NCBI GenBank assembly: GCA_044892525.1
Contig: CM097885.1
Location: 150,660,001-150,724,000, forward strand
Origin: Schmidtea polychroa
Lineage: Eukaryota
Direction of reading: 5' to 3'
Length of the DNA stretch: 64,000 nucleotides
Position 1 is the stretch's first letter. Each line of letters opens with the position of its first letter. The notes below the pieces were generated by a model. The model searched no databases. It was given only the letters and a program-made list of their open reading frames with translations, and had not been told where the DNA came from. Positions 38,363 through 51,613 of this stretch are shown in pieces. A program made the translations under genes and the position numbers.

Positions 38363-41300
38363 TGTTGGCGTATGTGGGGGAAAGAAAATATATAGGCATG
38401 ATTATCATACACATCAGGTGTCATTATTCTACTCAGATCATTCCCTCACGCACTCCAAATGATCATTCGCATATTCCCACATATGAGCCCGTGGTGATGT
38501 TCCACGTTGGTACTGCTCACACGGGTTGGAAAGAGTTAGCAGGTGAGCCCCTGCCTTAGGACTACTCCTAACCCTTTCTCGGTTCGGGTTCTACGGTGCC
38601 ATAGAAGGTCTTACCCATTCTTTACGCATCATTCGGTCCGACCCTGGTCCAAAAGGTAAGACATTTAAGTTTCTACTATATTTTCGTGATCCTTCTCTCA
38701 TGCAATTCAACCGTAGCAAATCATACATACAATTTACACAATCAAAGAAAATCGAACAGTTATATTAGAACGGAACATCAAATTACATTCAGCATTGTTT
38801 AAACAAATGCAAAACATTAAAGATTAGTCACGAGATAACGTCGCTTCTTCAAGTTCGTTCGTAATAGCAGGGGAATCGAGACCCGAGAGAGAATTGGCTA
38901 CGAGAATGCTTCTCCTTCTGCGAGCATCTCGTCGATGTCAACGGGCAACCGGCGATCTTCGAGGAATTTGATACTGCCGGCCGGAACTACCCGGAATACT
39001 TCCTTTGTAGGAATGGAATGGGAAACTGTAATTTCCTTGATAGTTGCTTTGGCCACAGATAACGATGCTTCGAGCGCGGCCATGGCATTTCTACGCTTCT
39101 GATTTTTTTCAGAACGCGTCAGCCGCTTACGCTTTCGATGGGGAAATGTAGCTTCTGCTGGGGACTGAAGGAGGTGTGGCACGCGTACTGGAGCCAAGAT
39201 GGGGTCCGATGGACCGCCAGCCGTAGGTCGATCGCCCGAAAGAACTGGGGCGGGAATTGGCGGCATTTGTGGGCCATGCCCTTTACAACTGGATATTGAT
39301 GAGGTTTCAGCTAATTTGTGGTGTATTGGGAACACGTTAGTCCCATCTTGTATCGGGTACTCGCGAACTCGCTTCGCTAGTTCTGATTCGGAATACACCT
39401 TGTGCAGTGCCTCTGATTGGGCCTTTATGGTTAGCCGCTGGCACCTGCTTTCTTCCAGGAGACTGTCACGGCAGTGCTCCAAACGCAGAATCTTGCTCTT
39501 CTCCTCCTTCATTTGTGGTGGGGAGAACCACGTTCCCTCATAGAGGTCAATTCTCTTCTTCAATTCCCCGATGTACAAGTGGAGCTGTACGATATCGGCA
39601 TTTTTATCAGCACAGGAAAAGCAAGGTCTGAGGGTTTTCCCGGAACTGGTTGAGGTATTCATCTAAATCGTTAAGGAATTGTTATTTTTAAATTAAAAAT
39701 TTACTGGGGTATTATTCATATTTTCGGAAAAAGAAATGTAAGATTTCCCCGACCAAGTTATCCAAGAGTGACCTACCAATCTACCCCGTCGGCAATTAAC
39801 CACCTTCATACAATCTCAAACATCCAAACTAACCCATGTAATCATTACTACTTTATGAGAAGAAAACGGGATTCATGAAAACAATTCATTATGCTAGCTT
39901 TTAGGTATACTTTTTGGGTTTGACTATCTTTAACTGCTGTATGACTGTTACTTCGTTACTATGAACGCTATTATCTTAATTATCGTTATTACCTTTTAAC
40001 AATTATATTTTACTCATTTTGCTGCCATGTCGTTAGATTCTACGCGTGCTATATGATGAACGGAAAATCGGCAATTACCGGGACACCCCGTCTTGTATGT
40101 AGACCCCTCGGGTTTGTACGAAAATCATAATACTCTCACTTAAATTGTTATCATGGATTATAATTTAGTTATTTAAATTTAACGCCATAAACATCGTCAT
40201 AGTGACGCTTAAATCGGGCGCAGTTATGTGTTCATTTGCTTGTCTATCTATACCGTCAACTATCGACGGGTTCGTTATGATGCATGTTGGTGCATTTAAC
40301 TAGCGATTTGCACACCGACAAAAAAAAAATTTCTCGTCGCATCGCCATGTTCTCTGACGCAATCCAGTGGTCTACTAGCAGATACAAGTTTACGACTCTC
40401 TCCCTATGATTAGGTAATGATGATATCCACATGTGCACTGTGACCTAATCTGAGTGTGATGCATGTGTACATGTGGGCGAGCGATTAATAGAGGTAGAGT
40501 TGTAGAGAGATGCTCTAGTTGAGACGGGTACTCAGTTGGTGTGTCCAAAACTCAAGAAATTCGATTGTGTGGGTGACTTGCGGATTCAGTAGATAAAAAT
40601 TACTCTATATTCTGGATTCTCGATATTAGGTCGACTCACGATAAGACCACTCAATACACTTGATCGACTGCCGCCTTCTCAATCAACTCGTTCGATGACT
40701 TTATCAAATTATCAGCTGATTTTCCCCGTCAGAAATTTATCTGGCCATGGGCAACTAATGATTCTCCTATCGCTATTGATATCTTCACTCGGACTCACGG
40801 CAAGTGATTTATTTCCTTATCAAAAAATTTGTTTACTTTCCCCTTTTAGACGAGCCGCTGTCAACGTCAAACCAAACTTTATCAGATATTCAATGTCAAG
40901 CTAAAGTCTAAATTAGTAAATGAATGGGTTTACTCGCTAATATCCCTGCAATGTACCTCTCGGGGTTCAATTTTTAAGGGCTTAGCAGATCTTCCAGTGA
41001 AAACTCTAACAATTCATCGCCCATCCCTACTCAGACATCTATCAATATTCGACGGAAAAGCAAATTTTCCTAACAACAACGAACTACTGATCTCAATCCG
41101 AAAAATTGTCTCCGACTTTGGAAAATTTACATTATTTATTCTGAAACTTCAGCGTGACTTCATAAAAGAAAACGAAAGATCCTCTATCAGATCGCGCTCG
41201 AGGTGAGAAATTCTACTTCCAACAGTATTCCACCTGCGGAGTCTCCTCACCCCTCACGACCCACCCAAGAAGGCAATCATCTCTGCCGCCGTTCTTGCAT

Positions 41301-42493
41301 CGTCGTGAGGGACCGTTTGACTCGTCTTTCACAAAATCAACATTTAATATACAATTTATGAATAATAAAATGAATGAATGAATCAAATAGTAGCAAATGA
41401 ATCAGTAAAAATAAATGGATCAATAAAGCTCACCCGGCGACCCTATCATTTGGACTCCAAGTATGATGTTATTCATTCCACACAACCGCAGCCTCATCAT
41501 AACCTTGGTAGATCTCTCACATGATAAATATCCTTCTCTGCAAATGTCACATTTTCATTTTCAGCATCTTCGGGATTTCTTATGAAGGTCAACCTTCCCA
41601 CTGTTGTGTTCTCTGCCGTGGTACATTTCCAACTCATCCACATCATACTGGGAGCTCTCAGATGGTACAGTCGCCGGCACCATGAAGAAAAGGCCATTTG
41701 TATTTCAATAAATTTATTTTACGAAATGAGTTTTGTCTTTCATCATTAATAAATTAACTAATACATATAAATCAATCGGCCTACCGATAGTTTCAAAAAC
41801 TGGAACGAAATCGAGTTTAAACTGGTTTCAAATTATTTGAAGGTAACTTCTGAAAATCTCTCGAATTAGCGTTTGCGATTCTAGTCCTGAATTCGGTGAA
41901 ATATCTGAAGTCTATGCTCTGTAATCGTGAAAAATTAAAAGTGGTTGTCGTCTAATTTTTCACGTTACATATATAGTATTTTTCGTCCAATCAGGACGCT
42001 ACCTGCTTGTATTTTTACTATTTATTATTATTTTTCTGTTTTTTATTATAATATATTAGATTTTAATGACTTAACTTATTTCTTATTATTATTTTATTTA
42101 TTTTCCTATTTTTATTATTTTCCTCCTATTTTTCTTGTAGGTTTATTGCTACTTTATTGTAATATAATTTTTTTGTTTTAATTAGACTTAAAGATAGTTT
42201 TATTTTTTATTTATTTCTTAAATTTCTCTTTTATTTGTTGTCACTTTTTTACTTATTTTATTCTATTTCATCTGCTGGGTCCTAACTCGCTTTATTTCTA
42301 AATCTCAAGGGGTTTATTGGATTTTATTTAGTTTGTTTACTTATTCTTATTCTTTTATTGTTATTTTATTGTTCCTTCCTATTTACTAGTGAGATTTCTA
42401 TGGTACTTTATATTTTTATCTTATTTCATTTATTTTTCAAGGATTACTTTTCTATTCGCTCCAGTTTTCGAAACTCCACATTTTAGCCCAACA
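38363..42493 (-). repeat. 5' LTR (4,131 bp)
   Basis: Direct repeat of 11840-15970. On the minus strand it is followed by the PBS. Confidence 0.97.
38898..39662 (-). CDS. LTR-encoded hypothetical protein (254 aa), 5' LTR copy
   Basis: Same ORF as 12375-13139 with one Ala/Val difference. Confidence 0.6.
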   Translation of the reverse strand: MNTSTSSGKTLRPCFSCADKNADIVQLHLYIGELKKRIDLYEGTWFSPPQMKEEKSKILRLEHCRDSLLEESRCQRLTIKAQSEALHKVYSESELAKRVREYPIQDGTNVFPIHHKLAETSSISSCKGHGPQMPPIPAPVLSGDRPTAGGPSDPILAPVRVPHLLQSPAEATFPHRKRKRLTRSEKNQKRRNAMAALEASLSVAKATIKEITVSHSIPTKEVFRVVPAGSIKFLEDRRLPVDIDEMLAEGEAFS

Positions 42494-45241
42494 TTAGTAT
42501 AATATTTATACAATCATGAGACTATTATTTCGAAATTCGTTTCATTTAAAAAATCATTTTGGAGAGGTCATGCCTAGAGATTCACAAGAAGTTGTATTGT
42601 ATTTAATTCTGAACACTTACATATTTGAAAAATACAATAAAAGATAAATGAGACATATTCAATAAATTTATACAAAATGGTTTCCGCATGAATAACAGAC
42701 TTGTTTCGCATCATATAGGTGTTAAATTTTCCTCTTTCTTAAAAAAGGTCAAAGAGTTGGTGAAAAAAGAATAAAATGGACTCATCTCCACACTGTGTAC
42801 TAATACGGCACAAATACAAGTTTTCGTATACTATAAGTTCAAAATAAAATGCATAAACTAAAGGATTAACACATTAAGGGTCGCATTAAATTTTTATAAT
42901 GACGTGTTCTGTAAATCCAGTGTTAATAAATCAGAAAGCATAAATATTTTGTATTAGAAATATATATTGATTATTAAGCATATATACTGAAACATGTATT
43001 TATCTGAGTTTGTTTTCTTCTAAGACCCTCAAATTTCGAGTATCTGTATGTAGTATACCTTTTCCCCGAATACCCGTCAAATTGAAGGGTTAATTATATT
43101 AGAAGATTTTTGTTCTGAAAGCACTGTTTTCTTCCCACCACTTTCTCCAACTGCTTTATGAGTGAAGATAATATAATTTTTGTATGTCAGGACAGGCTTA
43201 TGAATGCCATTAAAATGAATACATTAAAAAACGAGGATACTATGAGCGAATAGTTTTAAACGGGTACTACTATTGAAATGAAAGATAAAGGATCCAATGC
43301 AGAAGAATTATTTTTTGGTTATTCAAAAAATTGAAGAATTAAGCAAAGGAAATTCTTAAAGGAAATATTTAATTTAAATTCTTTTAGACAATAATAATAA
43401 AAATATAAAATATGAAAAACAAATATAGCAAGATTTCCTTTATCCATTTAAAAAGAAAGATGTAATTCACTTTGATAACATGTCATACTGCNNNNNNNNN
43501 NNNNNNNNNNNNNNNNNNNNNNNNNNNNNNNNNNNNNNNNNNNNNNNNNNNNNNNNNNNNNNNNNNNNNNNNNNNNNNNNNNNNNNNNNNNNNNNNNNNN
43601 NNNNNNNNNNNNNNNNNNNNNNNNNNNNNNNNNNNNNNNNNNNNNNNNNNNNNNNNNNNNNNNNNNNNNNNNNNNNNNNNNNNNNNNNNNNNNNNNNNNN
43701 NNNNNNNNNNNNNNNNNNNAATGAAAACCTTTATATTGAAAATCAAATCAAAATTCATTCATCAATTAAAGAGTTAATTAATTTATTAAATCAAAAACAA
43801 AATAATAATTCGATGTTAGTCTAAATGTATTAAAAAATACCAAACAAAAAGCGTGAACACAAAATTGTTTACGACAGTCAAATGTTACTCCATAATGACT
43901 GCAAATCGAGAAAAGCGGCATCAATTACGAAAACTTTAACAAAAAATATTAATATTTATTTTAATATAAATTATATGTTTTAATTGGATGTTGATTTGTT
44001 GTTTAAATGGTGTTGATTTTCATCACTATTTTGAATTATGTCGATAAAGTTCATGAAAATATTTTCCAAACAAAGCAACAGATAAGTGACAACATGTAAA
44101 AATAATAAGCATGTACAATCACGATGATATAATTTTCGGAAAAGATAAACAAATAATGTTTAGATACACATCTTTGATCATAGATAGCCTCATGCCATTC
44201 AATGTCTACTTCCTGGACAACGGCTTGTAATCTCGTCTTCGTGTTGATGGCGGAACCAGGATGTCATAAATACACGTATTTACTAACTGGTATCTATGTA
44301 GCACTGGTATTGCGCCTTACGGTAGTTGTTTTATATTAAACAAATCTTTTATCTATCAAACCTGTGCAGTAAAAAGACCTGCAGTATCTAATAAATTATT
44401 ATCACTTTACTTACCGTTATTATTTTCATTTTTCGTTTCCATTTTGACTTTGACTTTTTCCCTTTTACGAAAAAATTGAATTTCATTTTCATTAGATATA
44501 TTTTTGGACAGTAAATACTTTTGAGAACATTTAAACAAATATTTGTTAATAAAATAGTTATTAATAAAAACAAAAATAGATTATTGAATAAATATGAAGT
44601 TGTTATGGTTTTGTAATATTACAGATTCAAAATGTATATTAAAAATATTTTTAATAAATTAATTATATGTGGAATATAGTAAATGAAAGAGCGAAGAAGA
44701 TTTAAAATTTAAAGTTCTTTCGTAATTTTATAATTATTTAGAATTTGAAATATATTTGGCCTAAAGAACCGGGAGAACAAATAAGTCGAGGAAAAGAAAT
44801 TCAAGAAAAGTAACATTAAAATTCTTATATAACAGATTTTGTATCTTATTAGATATAAACAATTAATATTAACAATATAATGAAACAAATAATGGAATAA
44901 TTTTGACGGAAAATTCAATAATCGAAATTCTAAAATAAAAATGCAGAATTATTAACGGACCACACAAAAGATTATCAAGGAACTGATAAACTAATTTATT
45001 TAATTAAGTAGATGAAATAATAAAAAATTAAATTAATTAAAACATTAAAATAATTTTTTATTAACTAAATATTTAATAACAACCCATTTGCTAAAGAATA
45101 TTAAATTTTTGAAACCAAATGTAAAATATGATGTTTGGAATATTTAGTAAAATGAAAGATTTTTTTTCAGGTATATCTGTATTAATACGATTGTTTTATT
45201 TAATTTTTAGAAACAATAGGACATAAACTGGGCTAGTTTTA

Positions 45242-45300
45242 AAAAGTAAACAGAATAAAGTGTATTTAATAATTAAATACACTTTATTCTGTTTACTTTT
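45242..45300. repeat. Perfect palindrome, 29-bp arms with 1-nt spacer
   Basis: AAAAGTAAACAGAATAAAGTGTATTTAAT-A-ATTAAATACACTTTATTCTGTTTACTTTT. Confidence 0.9.
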
Positions 45301-46379
45301 AAATTATTAAATTTTAATTGATCATGACATGCATTTTTTTTCGTCTAGTCTTGCATAACAGCATATTGTATGAAGTGATTTTCTAGTAGTTTATTTTGTC
45401 AGAGTTCTCTTTGCTAGCCGTTAAGTGACACTGGAAACTTCGGCGTGAGTACTGTATCAGAGAAAACTTACGTGTTTGTAAGTTGTAACGCGGCGCCTTA
45501 TAAAGCGCGATGCCAGATTCTAGGGAACGCATTAAACCCACATTGGGTTTGTGCTGAAAAAATACTTTAGAGAAAGTCGAATCACATATAAAAATTCCAA
45601 AACTAAGACAATAACACAGTCAGCTACAACTTTCATTGAATATATACTGTAATTTTGTAATTTTCATAAATGTCAACTTTCATATTAAGATAAGGGACTT
45701 CATTTTCATATTAATATTCGTAAGACTATATTTCGGCACAGCCTTTATCAAAATACACACTTGATAACGGCTGGGTGAAATATCATATACCTTATATATT
45801 GATATGCATTGATATTAATATGAAAATTATTGAATTGAAAAAAGATCAAAGGTGAAATCAAAATATAAATACAGTATATATCACGTCAATGTATGATACA
45901 TATCTAAAATTTGGTAATAGTATAATTATATGAAATAAAATCAAATGAATTTTCATTCAAACAGTTTTTTTTTGTTCTGCAAGTTAAGTAATTATTTCAG
46001 AAAGAATCTAACGTTGCAATAACCCAACTGATATAAAAGATTGCTAATCCATCCAACAGTTCTAGTCGAAAATTTGAAAGATGCTAATTTTTGATTTGTT
46101 TCAAAACGGTGAAAGATCCTCCACAGGATATCACAAATGAAAATTCGTACAGCAATTGTAATATTAAGAAACACCACAGAAAGCCAAGTCCAAATATTTT
46201 TTCAATAACTTTTTTAGTTTTAAATTCACGACATAAACATTTTAGAGAAAAAATACTTTGTCATCTAGAATCTAGATATTGCGATATTTCTTTATCAGGA
46301 AAGCAACTGACAATTTTTGGCAGTCATCAAAAGACTTCATCGGTCAAGCTTTAAAACCTTTAGAAAAATTGAAATAAAT

Positions 46380-46821
46380 GACAATGACTAAAATATGCGT
46401 TTTTGCCCCAATTTAATCGAATCAATGATGAAAAAAATATAATCCAGCATCAGCGAAACTTTGGAAAATTCGCAAAGTTTTGAAATAATTTTTATTTGGT
46501 CAAGATACTTCTCCACAATTCACATAAAGTTTGCATGGCATTAGTATGACTTACAATGCAATCCATTCTAATGACAAAAGTCCGAATGCGTGATCCGATT
46601 CGGTTTGATGAATATTTTGGAGTAGCTTCATCCATGTTAAATTATATTATTATGGAAGTATTTATATTTGTGAACAGCTACTTTCACAAATAATAAAAAA
46701 CCAACGTCGAAGCAACCTGTGTGATGAAAGATTAGAAAATTGTTTGCGTGCGTCAGTTTCATCTATACAAGCCAACATAGACAAACTTGTAGCTGACAAA
46801 CAGTGGCAAAAATGGCATTAA
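46380..46821 (+). pseudogene. hAT (SPIN/GTF2IRD2-like) transposase C-terminal remnant
   Basis: YGSIYICEQLLSQIIKNQRRSNLCDERLENCLRASVSSIQANIDKLVADKQWQKWH* matches the hAT dimerisation-domain pattern. Confidence 0.7.
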
Positions 46822-47519
46822 AAATAAAAAATTTCCATTATTTTATATTAAGCATAAATTTATATGTAATAAAATTTGAGCAAATTTTTTTGAGCTTTTA
46901 AATTTTAAAATTTATAAATGTAAATATTTTAAACAACACTTTATTAAAAAAATTATTTATTTTTTCGGTCCATTTAATAAAAAGGTTGCTCATCACTGTT
47001 ATAGGACATTAAATAAAACCTATAATAATAGATAAAAAGACTAACCAATAATAAACGCATGTCTCATTATCGACATGAACATTAAATAGGACCATATACA
47101 TATGCAATATTGGAGGATAAAAAAATTTAACTCATAAACGAAAATAAATATCTTCACACAAACAAAATATCATAAAATTTATAATATAAAAATAGACGAA
47201 ATCGGACAATAAATAACATTTTATTCTGCTTTTACACAATAAATATATGTTTCCATAGACTTCGTGTAAAAATTCATATAAAACCAAACACAGTTAACAA
47301 AGTAAATAGTAATTGAGAATGCAACAAGAAGAAATAAATTACCAAAATAAATCCTTAGAATTTTGGGATCGTGTAAAATCAAAACACCTTATGTAAAAAC
47401 ACATTATGCAATAGTTCTTGTCGATATTATATTACGTTGAGGTAATTTAGATCGCTATATTGATGTATGTTTTTAATTAAATAAACATTGTGCTTCTTGT
47501 CTTATAACCATTATTCAAC

Positions 47520-48285
47520 AAGCCATCGCGACGATGGAATTTCAAAGCCCTATGGTGGAATAGGTGAATTCTCGACATGGTTGAAGAAATTCAAATTGGT
47601 GGCTACTCATCGGAAAATAGAAAATATATCACTCGTGCTACCGTTGCTGTTAGAGATTCCTGATTTCTTGGTCTACGATCATTTGACGGAAAAAATAAGC
47701 GTTGTTGCAACATAATCGAAAGGGCGCTGTTAGACACATTTTCAATGGATGGTTTTCAGGCCTATGATAAATTTCGAACCAGGTCATGGAACGGCGAGCC
47801 GGTTGACATCTTCCTCGCAGATCTAAAGCGATTGGTCACATTGGCTGGCATTGAAGAAGATAATCTGCTCAAGAGAGCATTTGTTGCAGGTTTGCCATCA
47901 CCAGTATCCCAACAAATGCGAGCCTCGGCAAAAATTTACGAAATAAGACTTACAGAAATAGTTCGTCAAGCTCGTGCTCTGTTATCAGAACATTCCGAGT
48001 CAGTCGGACTGGTCGAGTCGAAGACATCGCCTAACAATATCAGAATGGAAAGTAGACTGTGTAGGAGACCTGGTCATTACGTAAACAAATGTCCTATGCA
48101 AGAATGATGGACATGGTGGAAGACAGGGCACTCATCCAGACTATGTCCAAAAAGATCGCAAGGAAACGCCAGAAAAGAAACTGTAGCGCCAGCAGTTTCT
48201 CAATAATGTCGGGAATGGTGCAGGTGAAAAAAGTGGTGCGTTGGATTAGTCGATTCTGGATGCTCCCAAACCATGACATTTAGCA
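47520..48285 (+). pseudogene. Degenerate LTR-retrotransposon gag-protease fragment
   Basis: WLKKFKLVA, QAYDKFRTRSWNGEPVDIFLADLKRL...AFVAGLP, a knuckle remnant CRRPGHYVNKCP, then LVDSGCSQT. Frameshifted. Confidence 0.75.
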
Positions 48286-48461
48286 GGCTTGTGTGAGGTA
48301 GAGGCGAAAACAAGGACGTCTGTAGATGAAGTCTCTAAAAATTTATTTGAAATTATTATGTGATGACATATATTTTTAAACTTGGACTCATTTATTTATC
48401 AATCGAGAATGAATAATGAAATTGAACTAGCAATAAGAATAACAAAATTTCTATCTATCAC

Positions 48462-48781
48462 TGTGAGGTGTTTTCAGCTGAGAATTAAATATTTCAATGA
48501 TTTATTAAAATAATTTTAAATAATAAATAAATGACTATTTAAAATAATTCTTAAATTTTTAAATTTAAAAAGCTTTTTAATAATAAATCATTTTTAAATA
48601 AATATATTTTAAATATCGAATTTTTAATAAATGGTTTTTGAAATATTTTATTCAACGCTGAAAATTTGTTTGGAAATTATACAATATTTCATAAAATAAA
48701 TACTTGGAATTATGTAGTTAACTTTTGAACCGGATTTAAAAAATAATTTAGAAGATGTATTAGCAGCTTCTAATAATCACA
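48462..48781 (+). repeat. Probable solo LTR (TGTGA...TCACA), inverted homologue of 49887-50236
   Basis: Reverse-complement similarity to 49887-50236 over about 310 bp. Inverted 5-bp termini. No TSD found. Confidence 0.5.
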
Positions 48782-48807
48782 ATGATTGAATTTGCGCTTT
48801 TTGATTA

Positions 48808-49009
48808 CAGTCATACCCCGGATAACGTTGCCCCGAATAAAGTTGTTTCGCCGTAACGTCGGTCCACCATGGTGAAAAAGGATCTTTTAAATCTTAAATC
48901 TATTTAATTGCGAATTTTTTTCTTAATTATAATTCCTTCGTATAACGTTGTTTCGGTTAACATCGCGTTTTTCTGGAACCATTTAACAACGTTAACCGGG
49001 GTATGACTG
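48808..49009. mobile_element. Tc1/mariner (pogo/Tigger-like) MITE, 202 bp
   Basis: TIR CAGTCATACCCCGG(A/T)TAACGTTG (23 bp, 1 mismatch). TA on both flanks (48806-48807, 49010-49011). Confidence 0.9.
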
Positions 49010-49886
49010 TATTCTATTTTGTCATTTGTCAGTAAATAAGTGCGTTTTTTTGATCGTTATCCTATTTAATTTATCATTCTACCATATTCACTGAAAGCAA
49101 GTGTAATTATCAAAAATTTTCCTTTTGAAGCTTCTTTTTCAAATAAATCCCCTTTGTGGTATTTGAGGTCGTAAATCCTAGAAAGATAGACTTTCAGTAT
49201 TGGATATTGAGATGTAAATACTTGTAACAACTCAAATGAAATACAAACTGATGTTAATTTTTTCTCTTGAAAATATTTAGAAAATATTGCTGATAATAAT
49301 AATAATAACTAGCGGCATTAACAGACATTTTCTTCCAATGAAAGAATTTCAAATTAACTTGGTTGATTGAACATAATTTTATAAGTAGTATAATAAAATA
49401 GAAATAGTAACTACTTGTATTATAAATACTTAAGTAGCCTTGATTTATCAGCCAATTTAACTTGAAATAAAAGTTTTAATTCATTCAAAATTAATATTTG
49501 ATTTATTTAATTATATTTAATAAATATATTTAATTGACAATATTTATTATGTGACAGCTTTGAGATCAAAGTATGTAACTTTTCCTTGAAAGTAATTTTT
49601 AAAAATGAAGAATAATATATATATTTTCTATTAGGGAAAGGTTAAAACTCCTTCAAAGAGCCATGTTTCTAAACATGTGTTCACTGATAAGTGATAACAG
49701 AGATAAATGTAACATTGCACTCTTTACATGTAAATTTCCACACTAAATTAAAATCTATTATTGACTGAAATTTATAACTAAACATACGTCTAGTTCATAG
49801 ACAATTTCGGTAGGAATATAATAGTAATATATATAATAGAATATCTAATATCCATTACCTGTTTTATCTCAAATTATTTTGTAATT

Positions 49887-50830
49887 TGTATTAGAAGCTG
49901 CTAACACATCTTCTAAATTATTTTTTAAATCCAGTTCAAAAGTTAACGTCATAATTCCAATTATTTATTTAATGAAATATTGTATAATTTCCAAAAAAAA
50001 TTTCAGCGTTGAATAAAATATTTCAAAAACCGTTTATAAAAATTTCGATATTTAAAATATATTTATTTAAAAATGATTTACTAATAAAAAGCTTGTTTAA
50101 TTTTTTAATTTAAAAATTTAAAAATTTCAATTTAAAAATGTTTTAAAAAGTAATTTTAAATAGTCAATTATTTATCATTTAAAATTATTTTAATAAATCA
50201 TTGAAATTTTTAATTCTCAGCTGAAAACACCTCACATTCCCCTTCTTTAAGAAATTTCTTTAACATTTCTTTGAAGCATTTTCCCACTTTGGTCTTGTAG
50301 CAGATATCGGCGATCATGGATCTTCTGAATTATTCTGTATGGCCCTTCATATCTTTCTTTGTCTTTCGTTCTTGATTCGACTTTTACCAGAACCTCATCT
50401 ACAATATTGAGTGATCTTTTGTTCTCGAGCTATTCTTCTATTCTTCATCTATTCTTCTTCAAATTCGCCCTATTGATTTTTGAAATGTTGCATTCATGGT
50501 TAATTCAATCTCTGGTATGATATCTGCCCAATCTGTTCTACTTTTTTATTTTAATGATGCATTTATATAGTCTCTTATTGTCCTGAATTGACGTTCTATC
50601 ACACCATTTATATTATGTTGGTATGGACTTGAAAAGCATAGTGTAATTCCCATTGATTTTGTAAAATCTTTCATCGTCTTAGATTCAAATACTTTCCCAC
50701 AATCTGTGTGAATTTCCTTTGGTGCTCCAAATCTAAGAATCCATTTTTGTAGTATTCTTTCCTTTACCGTTTCCTCATCCTGTTTAGAGACAGCAGTTAG
50801 AGAGATATATCTGCTAAATTGATCAATCAT
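49887..50830 (-). mobile_element. Gypsy remnant: integrase fragment, polypurine tract and short 3' LTR
   Basis: IDQFSRY...FGAPKEIHTDCGKVFES...NGVIERQFRTI. On the minus strand AAGAAGGGGAA directly precedes TGTGAGG at 50236. Confidence 0.75.
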
Positions 50831-51220
50831 TGTGACTGTTGTGACGACACTGCCGGCAAACCCATGATTAATGCGCTTTTAAGTATGATCTCGTTTTCTA
50901 TCTTGGCTAGAGATGCTAAGTTTTTGAGATCATTCAAATAGACATCTGGCTCATTGCATTACTTTCGTTCACGGGATCGGTCATATGCTTGGAACATATC
51001 TATCGAATAGACATCGATTAAGGCATGTTCGATCTTCAATGCGTTGCCTTTGTCTTCCGCGCTCAAATACTGATATACTGCAAAAGTTGGCCCATCTACT
51101 AGGTATATAAAAGAATTATTGATTCCAACTCCAAGATTTTTTGAATTTTTGCCACTAGCTTAACTTTCTGAATCCACTGTTGAATGTAATCTTTTCCCTT
51201 GAAAATAAGTATCATCTTGT
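50830..51220 (-). pseudogene. Degenerate gag fragment related to 47520-48107
   Basis: Minus strand gives QWIQKVKLVAK...DMFQAYDRSRERK*...YLNDLKNLASLAKIENEIILKSALIMGLPAVSSQQ, collinear with the plus-strand gag at 47745. Confidence 0.65.
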
Positions 51221-51613
51221 CCATGATATGGCCGCGATAGCTTGTAGTTTTATTGACAAGTTGAAAACACAAGTTTTTAAAATTCTATTTTTATTACAAA
51301 ATGAATATATAAAAAAAATTAAATTATGCAATTACAATTTTAGATTGAAATTTTGTTGAAATATTTTTCAATGTTAATTTTAGATGCAAATCTTTGTGAA
51401 TTAATCAATGACCACATGGAATTATTGGTTAAATATGTAAATAAAGGTTATATTTGGTTGTTAAGTAAATTATGGTGTAAAATTAAGTAATAAAGGATAA
51501 ATAGGTAAATTAAGGATAATTAAGCAAATCATGGGCTCAAATATTTTAATTAAAGTAAATCAATGGAAATATTTGGTAAACAAGGGTTAAATTAAGTAAT
51601 CAATGGTCTAGAA

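Larger units (their letters stand above)
11840..42493 (-). mobile_element. Giant (30,654 bp) Ty3/gypsy LTR retrotransposon with env-like and accessory genes
   Basis: Two 4,131-bp direct repeats offset by 26,523 bp, with TGTTGG...CCAACA ends. TTAG is duplicated at 11836-11839 and 42494-42497. tRNA-Pro PBS next to the right LTR. Domain order PR-RT-RH-INT with gypsy RT motifs. Confidence 0.97.

Noticed and set aside
11840-42493. Polinton/Maverick or endogenous DNA-virus interpretation of the large multi-gene element
   Set aside because: It has direct LTRs, a PBS and RT/RNase H, and lacks a protein-primed polymerase, packaging ATPase or capsid genes.
48462-50236. A single MITE or foldback element with ~310-bp TIRs
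   Set aside because: No TSD. The right arm sits directly after a PPT and integrase remnant, which fits LTRs better.
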